This document shows positions 55,056 through 61,879 of a stretch of 61,879 bases of DNA, one piece after another. The position numbers and the translations under genes are program-made. The notes beneath the pieces were generated by a model. That model did no database searches and had not been told where the DNA came from. It saw only the letters and a list, made by a program, of their open reading frames with translations. Source of the stretch: a virus (lineage: Duplodnaviria; Caudoviricetes); IMG/VR virus record IMGVR_UViG_3300047508_000126, positions 1-61,879 of that record; one strand, written 5' to 3'. Within the stretch, counting starts at the first letter, position 1; each line of letters opens with the position of its first letter.

Positions 55056-55325
55056 TCAGTCCGGCCACTCGCCGACATATGCGCGGTGGAGGGGCACATA
55101 CTCGCCGATGCGGTAGATCACGGTGCGGTTGACCGCGCGGATCTTCAGCAGGTCACCGTCATAAGTGGCGCACCCGGCTAGGTCCAACCACGCCGTGCGC
55201 GGGCCAGCGCCGTTGACGGCATCGAGCAGCTCGGCGGCGATGAGAACGCGCGGGTCGGCGCGGACGATGCGGAGGCCGCCATCCGCGAGCCGGGTCATGA
55301 TGCATTCACCGTCCACAACCCCCAT
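55056..55325 (-). CDS. hypothetical protein
   Basis: ADPRVLIAAELL...LKIRAVNRTVIYRI. Confidence 0.6.
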   Translation of the reverse strand: MGVVDGECIMTRLADGGLRIVRADPRVLIAAELLDAVNGAGPRTAWLDLAGCATYDGDLLKIRAVNRTVIYRIGEYVPLHRAYVGEWPD

Positions 55326-55331
55326 CCTCCC

Positions 55332-55493
55332 TCACGCCGCCAGCTGGCCGCCCTCACCCGGATCCGGCTCCAGGACCATCAGCTCCGCATCCGCCACATC
55401 CGGGACAGCCGGCGGCCGGCCCGTCGTGCACGCGTAACCGATCAGCCCGCACATCAGCGCGAAGTAGACGGCGAACAGCAGGAAGGGCAGCAC
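55332..55493 (-). CDS. small membrane protein
   Basis: GAGG RBS; one TM segment. Confidence 0.5.
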   Translation of the reverse strand: MLPFLLFAVYFALMCGLIGYACTTGRPPAVPDVADAELMVLEPDPGEGGQLAA

Positions 55494-55552
55494 AGCGCCT
55501 CACACGCGGGGTCCGGGCGTGACAGGTGGTGGCCGAGTGGCCGGGGATAATC

Positions 55553-55711
55553 CTACTGATCCGGCTCGGGCGGCTTGACCGCTACCAGCGTGTAGTCCTC
55601 GAACCCGACGTTCTCGTCCTCGCACTCCACACAGAACCCGTCACCGCCGAGGCCGAACGCGACCATCCCGCCGCAGCCGTTATGGAAGGCCCGGTACCCA
55701 GAATTAGTCAT
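55553..55711 (-). CDS. small Zn-binding protein
   Basis: H..CGG...CVEC; GGAGG RBS. Confidence 0.55.
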   Translation of the reverse strand: MTNSGYRAFHNGCGGMVAFGLGGDGFCVECEDENVGFEDYTLVAVKPPEPDQ

Positions 55712-55826
55712 CGTTGTCCTCCGGTGCGTGTGAGTGGTAGTACCAGACGGCCCACGCGACCACCAGCAGCAGCCCCGCGAACCACACAAAGTCAACACGG
55801 GGCCACCCGAACAGGTCACCCGTCAT
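55704..55826 (-). CDS. small membrane protein
   Basis: one TM segment, overlapping junctions. Confidence 0.5.
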   Translation of the reverse strand: MTGDLFGWPRVDFVWFAGLLLVVAWAVWYYHSHAPEDNDD

Positions 55827-56202
55827 CGCCGGCCTCTTCGGCGGCGGCCTCCGCGCACGTCCCGCACAGAGGACCGCGGCTGAGGTCCACGTCCGGGCTG
55901 CCGCAGCCAGGACACACCAGGCCGGGACCGTCCTCCCGGGCACGCTCGAGCAGCTCAGCCGACCGGCCCATCGCGATGTCATCGCTGACCCGCATCTCCG
56001 ACACCAGCCGGACCCGCATCACATGCAGCGCGGCGAGCATCTCATCGATCGCGGCCAGGGCGTCGCCCGCGGCGTGGCGGAGATGCGGCTGCGCCCTGGT
56101 TTCGTCGCGGGTCTCCCACTGGGCCAGGCCGACAGCCGCGACGCCTAGCATGTCTTCCAGCGAGCCCGTGTCGTAGGGGATGCGGTCCGTGGCGTCACTC
56201 AT
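55816..56202 (-). CDS. hypothetical protein with C-terminal CxxC pairs
   Basis: starts inside the conserved junction repeat. Confidence 0.65.
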   Translation of the reverse strand: MSDATDRIPYDTGSLEDMLGVAAVGLAQWETRDETRAQPHLRHAAGDALAAIDEMLAALHVMRVRLVSEMRVSDDIAMGRSAELLERAREDGPGLVCPGCGSPDVDLSRGPLCGTCAEAAAEEAGDDG

Positions 56203-56531
56203 GACGTGCTCCTGTCGTCGGGTGGCGGGATCCGGGTGACGCCCAGGATGAACCGGGCCATCCTCCCCGCCGCAGTAGACATGCCATGCTGCGCCCAGAA
56301 CCCCGCGCAGACAGCAGGGCCGAAGTCCGGGTGACCGCCATACGGGAGCGTGGCATGGCAGGTGAGAAGCGCCCCGGCGTCCACGTTACGGCGGACGACA
56401 TCCTCGAACCGGGCCTGCGTCAGGTGCATCAGCGCGCCGGGCCGGAAAATGCACGTGCCGCAGCGGCGAGACAGGACCCGGACCTGGCCGTCGTCGCCGA
56501 GCATATCGGTGGCGGCGCGGGCGTCACTCAT
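56199..56531 (-). CDS. Cys-rich hypothetical protein
   Basis: CGTCIFRPG...CH.TL...CAGF. Confidence 0.7.
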   Translation of the reverse strand: MSDARAATDMLGDDGQVRVLSRRCGTCIFRPGALMHLTQARFEDVVRRNVDAGALLTCHATLPYGGHPDFGPAVCAGFWAQHGMSTAAGRMARFILGVTRIPPPDDRSTS

Positions 56532-56773
56532 GTCGCGCTCCCGTCTGCGGCAGCCTTGGCGCCGGCCGGGGTGAGCCTGTAATACCGGCGGTGACTGTGG
56601 GCATCCTCCCAATCGCTGGTCACCCAGCCCACCCGCTCGAGCCACGCCAGCGCCGCGTAAATGCTGCCAGGCTTCAGCCCCGCAGCCTCGGCTATCTCCA
56701 GGCCATAGTGGTCCCGGTCCGGGTGCGCCAGGAACACGCCCAGGACAGCAGCCTTCCGGTCCGTCTCGCTCAT
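56528..56773 (-). CDS. PadR-like winged-helix regulator
   Basis: YGLEI...GL.PGSIY..L..LE..GWV.S.WE...RRYYRLT..G. Confidence 0.85.
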   Translation of the reverse strand: MSETDRKAAVLGVFLAHPDRDHYGLEIAEAAGLKPGSIYAALAWLERVGWVTSDWEDAHSHRRYYRLTPAGAKAAADGSAT

Positions 56774-56994
56774 GTCGTGCTCCTGTCTGCGGCGGCCTTG
56801 GCGGGATTTTCGGCGTGGCGGCAGCGGTCCCGCCAGTAATCGGAGTTGCTGGCGCTGACAACTATCGTGCAGGCGAGCAGGATGATCTCGGCTGTCGTGG
56901 CGGCATGGCCGCCGGTTAGCGCTGACACGATTACGCCTGCCATCAGCACCGCCATCACGGCGGTCCGCCAGTACTTCTTTATGAACGGGGTCAT
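56770..56994 (-). CDS. small two-TM membrane protein
   Basis: two hydrophobic helices. Confidence 0.65.
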   Translation of the reverse strand: MTPFIKKYWRTAVMAVLMAGVIVSALTGGHAATTAEIILLACTIVVSASNSDYWRDRCRHAENPAKAAADRSTT

Positions 56995-57884
56995 GTCGTG
57001 CTCCTGCTCTTGGCGCGGCGACGCTGGACGGTACGCACCGACACGTTGTCACGCGCCGCCTCCGCCTCAACCGTCAGTCTCGGCTTCACGGTGACGGGCT
57101 TGTCGCGGGCTGGCGGCGGGGGTGACACGGTGTCGTCCTGCGTGTCGTCCTGCGTGTCGCCGGGCATGTCACCCCCCGTTACCAGCGCAGGCGCGGCGGC
57201 CGGCGGGAACCGGCCGGCGATGGCCTCACCCGGCTTAGTCACCCCATGCCACGTCGCCCACGACATGACACGCACCGCCCGGACCGGATGCCACAGCCAC
57301 CGCGTCATCCCCAGCCTGACAGCATGCTTCTCCAGATCCCCGGTAGCCAGCAGCGCATCCCGGCTCACCCGCCGCGAATGCACCGACCACAGCCACGGCG
57401 ACGACACCGACATCAGCCCGAACGTCACCGCCGCGAACGTCGGCCGCCAATGTGGCGCCATCCAATGCGAGTAGTTCATCACCCCGATGACCAGCGCAAA
57501 CCCGTATGCGGCCAGCCGCAGCCGCAGGGCGCTGTCACCCGCGACCAGGGCGAGGTGCGCCTGCCACGCCAGGTAGACGGCCACGGACTCGAGGGTGACA
57601 GCGACCAGTACCTGACCCGCGAGGGGCCATGGGAGGTGGACGCGGAGGAACGCCATCTGCCCGCAGAACGCGACAGCGTTGACCAGGACGATGGGGACGG
57701 CGGCGAGCCACGGTAGCGACACGGTGAGGGCGGGGCTGCCGCGGCGAGGGTGTCGCCCGCGGCCCGCGTGCACTCGGTTGCCCCGCCTGTCATCCACCAT
57801 ACGGCGTCCGGGGTCGTCCTGCGGCATGGCCGCCGGCGGCCATGGGGGCGTGCCGTTGGCGTGCCCGTTCAACGTCGCCGTCAT
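56991..57884 (-). CDS. Spd-like (DUF2637-type) multi-TM protein with C-terminal HTH-like tail
   Basis: four TM helices, Pro-rich linker, AARDNVSVRTVQRRR; lies downstream of the traB-like gene as spd genes do. Confidence 0.65.
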   Translation of the reverse strand: MTATLNGHANGTPPWPPAAMPQDDPGRRMVDDRRGNRVHAGRGRHPRRGSPALTVSLPWLAAVPIVLVNAVAFCGQMAFLRVHLPWPLAGQVLVAVTLESVAVYLAWQAHLALVAGDSALRLRLAAYGFALVIGVMNYSHWMAPHWRPTFAAVTFGLMSVSSPWLWSVHSRRVSRDALLATGDLEKHAVRLGMTRWLWHPVRAVRVMSWATWHGVTKPGEAIAGRFPPAAAPALVTGGDMPGDTQDDTQDDTVSPPPPARDKPVTVKPRLTVEAEAARDNVSVRTVQRRRAKSRSTT

Positions 57885-58033
57885 GACGGGTCAGCCTTGA
57901 TTACCTCAAATGCCTGAACCTTCCTCATGATCGTCTCGTTCGCGACCCGCATCGCGTCGATCTCGTCGGCATAGACACCGATGATCTTTATGGTCCCGAG
58001 CATCGTCATCTCGAGCACTACGTGCACTGTCAT
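57881..58033 (-). CDS. small hypothetical protein
   Basis: VHVVLE...IIGVYADE.DA; AAGGGG RBS. Confidence 0.55.
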   Translation of the reverse strand: MTVHVVLEMTMLGTIKIIGVYADEIDAMRVANETIMRKVQAFEVIKADPS

Positions 58034-58137
58034 GCGTGTCCCCTTCGTGGCGGGAGTGGTGCCGCCCATCCTGCCCCCCGGCCGTGACGGAGCCGGGTAG
58101 GCCAGCCCTCGTGTCGCACCCGTTCATCGCCGTCCGT

Positions 58138-58263
58138 AACTGTCGCCAACTGTCCAGACTGTCCGCAGGAAGTGTCCAGATGGACAGTTCCTCGCGCGCA
58201 CGCGCGTACGCCTGCGCGCGTAGGGACACGGGACGGGACGCCCGCGGACAGTCCCGGACAGTT
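58138..58263. repeat. 8-bp repeat array, candidate clt (cis-acting locus of transfer)
   Basis: RACTGTCC-like copies at 58138, 58148, 58157/8, 58170 and inverse GGACAGTY-like copies at 58182, 58224, 58246, 58256, immediately 3' of the traB-like gene. Confidence 0.6.
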
Positions 58264-58264
58264 G

Positions 58265-60424
58265 TCACGCTGCGTTGACCTTCTGCCGGGCTTCCCGGGC
58301 CAGCCTGGCATTCCGCGCCTTGATCTCAGCTAGGCCCTGCCGGATGCTCATGCCGGGCACCGGGGCGTACTGACCGTAGCTGACCTGGGTGACATAGCCG
58401 ATCTCGAGCAGGGCGCCGACCTGATCATGGACCCAGCTGCGGCTCCGCCCGGATTCCCGGCTGAGGTCCCTCGGCGTTGCGGGGGAGTCCGCCGCCGCGC
58501 CCTGCAGCGCCTCAGCGAACCGTTCCTCCTGCCCGGCGATCACCTGGGGGAGACGCCTGACGAGCTCCGGGTCGGGGCGGAAATCATCCGGGACGCGGGC
58601 CATCAGGGCGGCACCGTCGGCGGCGATCCTGGCGGCGGCTTCCTGCCCGGTGCCGGCGCCGGGGGCGGGGGAGGGCACGGTCCCGGCGGCCTGCCGCGCC
58701 TCAGCGGCCACCGCCGCCGCGGCGTGCGGGGAGTCCGCGACAGCAGCCTGATACTGGGGGCTGATCGCATGGAACGCGTCGTCGAGGCGGAGCCAGCGGG
58801 TGTCCCACCATTCCTGCCAGGTGACATCCCGGTCCCCGGCCCGGAACGCGGTCTCAGCACCGCAGTACAGCCGCAGCGGCGGCCGGGCGCCGATCAGCGC
58901 CACGTTCTGCGCGGCGACCCGGTAGAACAGGTCGTGGTCCATCTTCGGGGCGCGGACCTGCTCCGGGAACATGTCCGGGCCGTCCTTGATGTAGCAGGTG
59001 CCCTTTTCCTCGAGCCGGGACGCGTCGAGCCGCTGGTACTCGGGGATCACGTAGGCGCCGTGGCGGGCCTCCGCGACCCGGTAGGCGACACGGCACAGCA
59101 GGTTCCCGCGGGTCTGCTCGGTCTGGACCGATTCCTCCAGGGAGCCGTTCTGGGTGTAGACCTCCACGTAGCCTTCCAGGCCGCTGGCAAGGCTGGATAC
59201 CAGGGCGAGCAGCTTCGCGCATTCGCTGTCCCCGTTCGCCGCCGAGGTCAGGCCGTGGGTCTCGTCGATCATCGTGTGCAGCGCGGGGGTGTCCTCGTCG
59301 GCCAGGAGCTGCTCATCACCGGTGTAGGCGTACTTGGCGCGGGCCTTCCCCTCGGCCACGGCCATCCGCAGGTACGTCCGCGCCTCGTCGATCTCGGTGA
59401 TCACGTACTCGGCGCTGGCGGCTTTCAGGACCGGGCGGGCGGACCGGCCGCCCTTCAGGTCAATGAGGATCTGCCGGTCATCCCGGCACCCGGACAGGCC
59501 GGCGAGGCGGACGAGCAGGTGGTTGCTCTTCCCGGTGCGGGTGGCGCCGATGACGAAGCAGTTGACCCGCTGGGAGAGCATCTTCCACGCGCCCGTCTCG
59601 GACTTCCCGATCGGCGCGGCCTCGTGGACGGAGCGGGGGGCGAGGCTCATGTCGTACTCGATGATCTCGCGGAGCGGGTTCTCCTGCTTCAGGAAGATGT
59701 CGACCTCGGACGGGTACCCCTTGACGGGTTCGATGCGGACGAGGCCGATGTCGGCGTGGCCTTCGGCGGCCGATTCGATCAGCGGGAGGGCCTGCCGGAA
59801 GTGCTGCAGCGTATGGAGGCCGGGGATGCCCCTGACCCTGATGCGGAGGGTAACGCCAGACACCTGCGCGTCCTTCGCGAACGAGCCGCCCAGGTTCCAC
59901 CGCCAGCAGTGGGACTGCCACCACGTGTCGGCCTGGGCGATGAGCCGGTCCCGTTTACGCTGCCCCCTAGGGCGTTTGTGCCGCCACCAGAAGAACCCCC
60001 ACGCGGCACCCCCGGCGGCCAGGGTGCTGGCCAGGACGATGCCGGTCACCTCGCCGCTGAGCGGGCCCGCCGTGGAGGCGGCGATGAGCCACAGCACGGC
60101 CCCGATGACGGACAGCCGGGCATACCAGACCTCTGGTTCCCGGTCCCATTTGTGCGGGGCGAAGTAGCAGACGGCGACAGCGAGGATGATCCCGGCGCCG
60201 GCGACGTAGCCAGCGAGATACGCCTGGTAGAACACCAGGCCGGCCAGCCACATGACGGGCGGGATGGCGAGCGGGACGGTGACATGCCCGTTCCGCCGCA
60301 CCCACCGGGCGATCGTCTTGACCGCCGCCTCGGACTCGCGGGGCTTGTCCTGCGGCCACGGCGGCGAGGCCACGGCGGCGGGCGCGTACCCGGACGGGCT
60401 GAGCACGATTTCCTTGCCGGACAT
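58265..60424 (-). CDS. traB: TraB-type FtsK/SpoIIIE conjugative DNA translocase
   Basis: four N-terminal TM helices, Walker A GATRTGKS, LIDLKGG, Walker B MIDE, C-terminal wHTH with GRSRSWV recognition helix. Confidence 0.85.
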   Translation of the reverse strand: MSGKEIVLSPSGYAPAAVASPPWPQDKPRESEAAVKTIARWVRRNGHVTVPLAIPPVMWLAGLVFYQAYLAGYVAGAGIILAVAVCYFAPHKWDREPEVWYARLSVIGAVLWLIAASTAGPLSGEVTGIVLASTLAAGGAAWGFFWWRHKRPRGQRKRDRLIAQADTWWQSHCWRWNLGGSFAKDAQVSGVTLRIRVRGIPGLHTLQHFRQALPLIESAAEGHADIGLVRIEPVKGYPSEVDIFLKQENPLREIIEYDMSLAPRSVHEAAPIGKSETGAWKMLSQRVNCFVIGATRTGKSNHLLVRLAGLSGCRDDRQILIDLKGGRSARPVLKAASAEYVITEIDEARTYLRMAVAEGKARAKYAYTGDEQLLADEDTPALHTMIDETHGLTSAANGDSECAKLLALVSSLASGLEGYVEVYTQNGSLEESVQTEQTRGNLLCRVAYRVAEARHGAYVIPEYQRLDASRLEEKGTCYIKDGPDMFPEQVRAPKMDHDLFYRVAAQNVALIGARPPLRLYCGAETAFRAGDRDVTWQEWWDTRWLRLDDAFHAISPQYQAAVADSPHAAAAVAAEARQAAGTVPSPAPGAGTGQEAAARIAADGAALMARVPDDFRPDPELVRRLPQVIAGQEERFAEALQGAAADSPATPRDLSRESGRSRSWVHDQVGALLEIGYVTQVSYGQYAPVPGMSIRQGLAEIKARNARLAREARQKVNAA

Positions 60425-60449
60425 GGATCACTCCAGAGAAAAGGGCGGG

Positions 60450-61295
60450 TCAGCGGGCGCCGGACTCAGACAGTTCCTGATGGTGCGGGGCCTGCCGCGG
60501 GGACTTCGCCAGGTCACCGACCGTCATGTTGATCAGCGTCGAGATGGCCGCGTCGGCTTCGGACAGGGACATCGCGGCGGCCTGGTGATGCTGCCCCGCC
60601 TGCCCGAGGGGCTCGGTGATCTCCGGGCCGTAGTTCTGGCCCGGCTCGGACATCTGCCGGGCGAGCATCTGCACCATCGCGGCGAACCGGACCGACCCCT
60701 CATGGGCGGCCTTGACGGCTTCCTGCTTGGCGTGGATGCCGCCGGCCTGGGCGTGGGCGTGGATCTCGTTGATGCCCTCGATGAGCTTCTCCGCGCTGGC
60801 CGTGCTCGTTCCTGCTGCCACTGGGTTTCCTCCGTTATATCTGGGTTTGCCGCCAGCCCCGTAATTGGGCGTCGCTATATTGCCGGGAGTTCCTGCCACT
60901 GGGTTTCCTCCGTTAGTGCTAGGCGGTGCTTGCGGCGGCGGGGACGCGGCCGGGGTGGACCGGGTGAGCCGCTGGCGCAGGGTCTGCCTCGGCGGAGCGG
61001 CCGCCGTGGTGGTGCCGTTCGTGCGGGCGTGACGCTGCTGCTCAATCCAGTCCGTCGTAATCGCCTGCGTCCACAACCGGTGCGCGTCGGCTTTCGCCTG
61101 GGCGCGGATAGCGGCAGCCGCCGACCGGATGGGTGTCCGGCCCGGACCCGGGGACCGGGACTGACCGCGGGGCGCCGGAGAACGCGACCGCATCCCCTTG
61201 GTCCGCGGGCCCGTCCACGCGCGGCGGCGGGCATCCTGGATGGCCTTGTTCGCGAAGTACGCGCAGACGACTACGACGATGATCCCGAGCAGCAT
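60450..61295 (-). CDS. transfer-associated protein in the TraA position (N-terminal TM, C-terminal helical domain)
   Basis: directly upstream of traB; two internal GGAGG+GTG sites within a 23-bp direct repeat. Confidence 0.65.
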   Translation of the reverse strand: MLLGIIVVVVCAYFANKAIQDARRRAWTGPRTKGMRSRSPAPRGQSRSPGPGRTPIRSAAAAIRAQAKADAHRLWTQAITTDWIEQQRHARTNGTTTAAAPPRQTLRQRLTRSTPAASPPPQAPPSTNGGNPVAGTPGNIATPNYGAGGKPRYNGGNPVAAGTSTASAEKLIEGINEIHAHAQAGGIHAKQEAVKAAHEGSVRFAAMVQMLARQMSEPGQNYGPEITEPLGQAGQHHQAAAMSLSEADAAISTLINMTVGDLAKSPRQAPHHQELSESGAR

Positions 61296-61297
61296 GA

Positions 61298-61762
61298 CTA
61301 ACCCCCAGCCCACGTCGAGATACTCGACACGACATGCTGCGCCGGCGCGGCGGTAGCCACGAACAGGTTGTGGGCCGCGCCCGCCGGGGCGAGGGCGAAG
61401 ACAAGCGGGGCGGCCAGCGCAACATAGGCGTACTGCGCTGACGGCGACCAGATCAGCGCCACGATCACGGTGGCAGCCATCGCCAGCGCCGCAAGAGTGA
61501 TCAGCGCCCATCCCAGGCCGCTGCCCGGCGCGGTGGACGCGCCGACAAGACCGAAAGCGCTCTCGATATGGGAGATGACCCACTGGCCGCCGGGGGTGAG
61601 GACCGCGACGGCACCAGCGCAGTACATGCCGATGATCACGAGGCGGTGCAGCCACGGGTGAGTGCCGGACGGCAGGTGGTTCAGGTGGCGGAGCAGCAGC
61701 CAGCACACCCCTGCCGTGACGAGCGCGACACCTGAACCGACCAGGGAAACGATCCCGCTCAC
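61298..61762 (-). CDS. four-TM membrane protein of the transfer region
   Basis: 154-aa hydrophobic ORF coupled to its neighbours. Confidence 0.7.
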   Translation of the reverse strand: MSGIVSLVGSGVALVTAGVCWLLLRHLNHLPSGTHPWLHRLVIIGMYCAGAVAVLTPGGQWVISHIESAFGLVGASTAPGSGLGWALITLAALAMAATVIVALIWSPSAQYAYVALAAPLVFALAPAGAAHNLFVATAAPAQHVVSSISTWAGG

Positions 61763-61879
61763 GGCTTATCCCCGATCTTCAGGCCGTCGTCGTAAGCGAA
61801 CGGGCGGGTCGCCTCATCGCGCGGCGGTGCTGGTACCGTCGTCCCCCCCGCAGCTGGCGGACGCTGCGGGGGGCCGACG
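61759..61879 (-). CDS. 3' part of the gene spanning the circular junction
   Basis: reads VGPPQRPPAAGGTTVPAPPRDEATRPFAYDDGLKIGDKP*, GTGA overlap with the next gene. Confidence 0.55.
   Translation of the reverse strand, partial: VGPPQRPPAAGGTTVPAPPRDEATRPFAYDDGLKIGDKP

Larger units (their letters stand above)
56191..57015 (-). repeat. four copies of a gene-boundary repeat (core CAGGAGCACGACATGA on the minus strand)
   Basis: copies at 56191-56216, 56520-56561, 56762-56803, 56991-57015, each spanning RBS and ATGA overlap. Confidence 0.8.

Noticed and set aside
56191-57015. Junction repeats as CRISPR repeats or integron attC sites
   Set aside because: The intervening units are whole genes and the repeat is a non-palindromic RBS/start sequence; kept only as a boundary repeat.
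57906-58268. ORF MTTVRDCPRASRPV... overlapping the traB stop
   Set aside because: It runs through the repeat array and overlaps a better downstream gene; left uncalled, though the GTGA coupling means it cannot be excluded.
58265-60424. ATPase as a type VII secretion EccC or a packaging ATPase
   Set aside because: Single ATPase domain with N-terminal TMs and a C-terminal wHTH; a separate terminase exists and no WXG100/Ecc genes are evident.
61766-61774. Another TTATCCCCG half-site
   Set aside because: Inside a coding region with no partner half-site; a few such matches are expected by chance.

Overview
High-GC actinobacterial temperate siphovirus, probably a complete ~61.8-kb circular genome: the two window ends overlap and join one minus-strand gene in frame. 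The phage part has a cI/Cro-like immunity switch (5.9-7.1 kb) and an early/recombination/replication operon (7.2-16.8 kb). A probable cos region flanked by two paralogous HNH genes lies at ~16.9-17.2 kb. HK97-type head genes are followed by a glycosyltransferase and a methyltransferase, then a tail module with a GGGAAAA -1 frameshift, a holin, a GH25-like lysin and a XerC/D-like tyrosine recombinase. The unusual part is a long leftward gene run that crosses the circular junction. It starts with bldC-like and whiB-like regulators and continues into a Streptomyces-plasmid/AICE-type conjugation module: membrane proteins, a TraA-position gene, a TraB-type FtsK ATPase with a C-terminal wHTH, an 8-bp repeat array resembling clt, and an Spd-like protein. 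This run has its own divergent switch with three 19-bp operators. The element therefore looks like a phage that could also spread by hyphal dsDNA conjugation. All product calls come from motif recognition by eye; no database searches were run.
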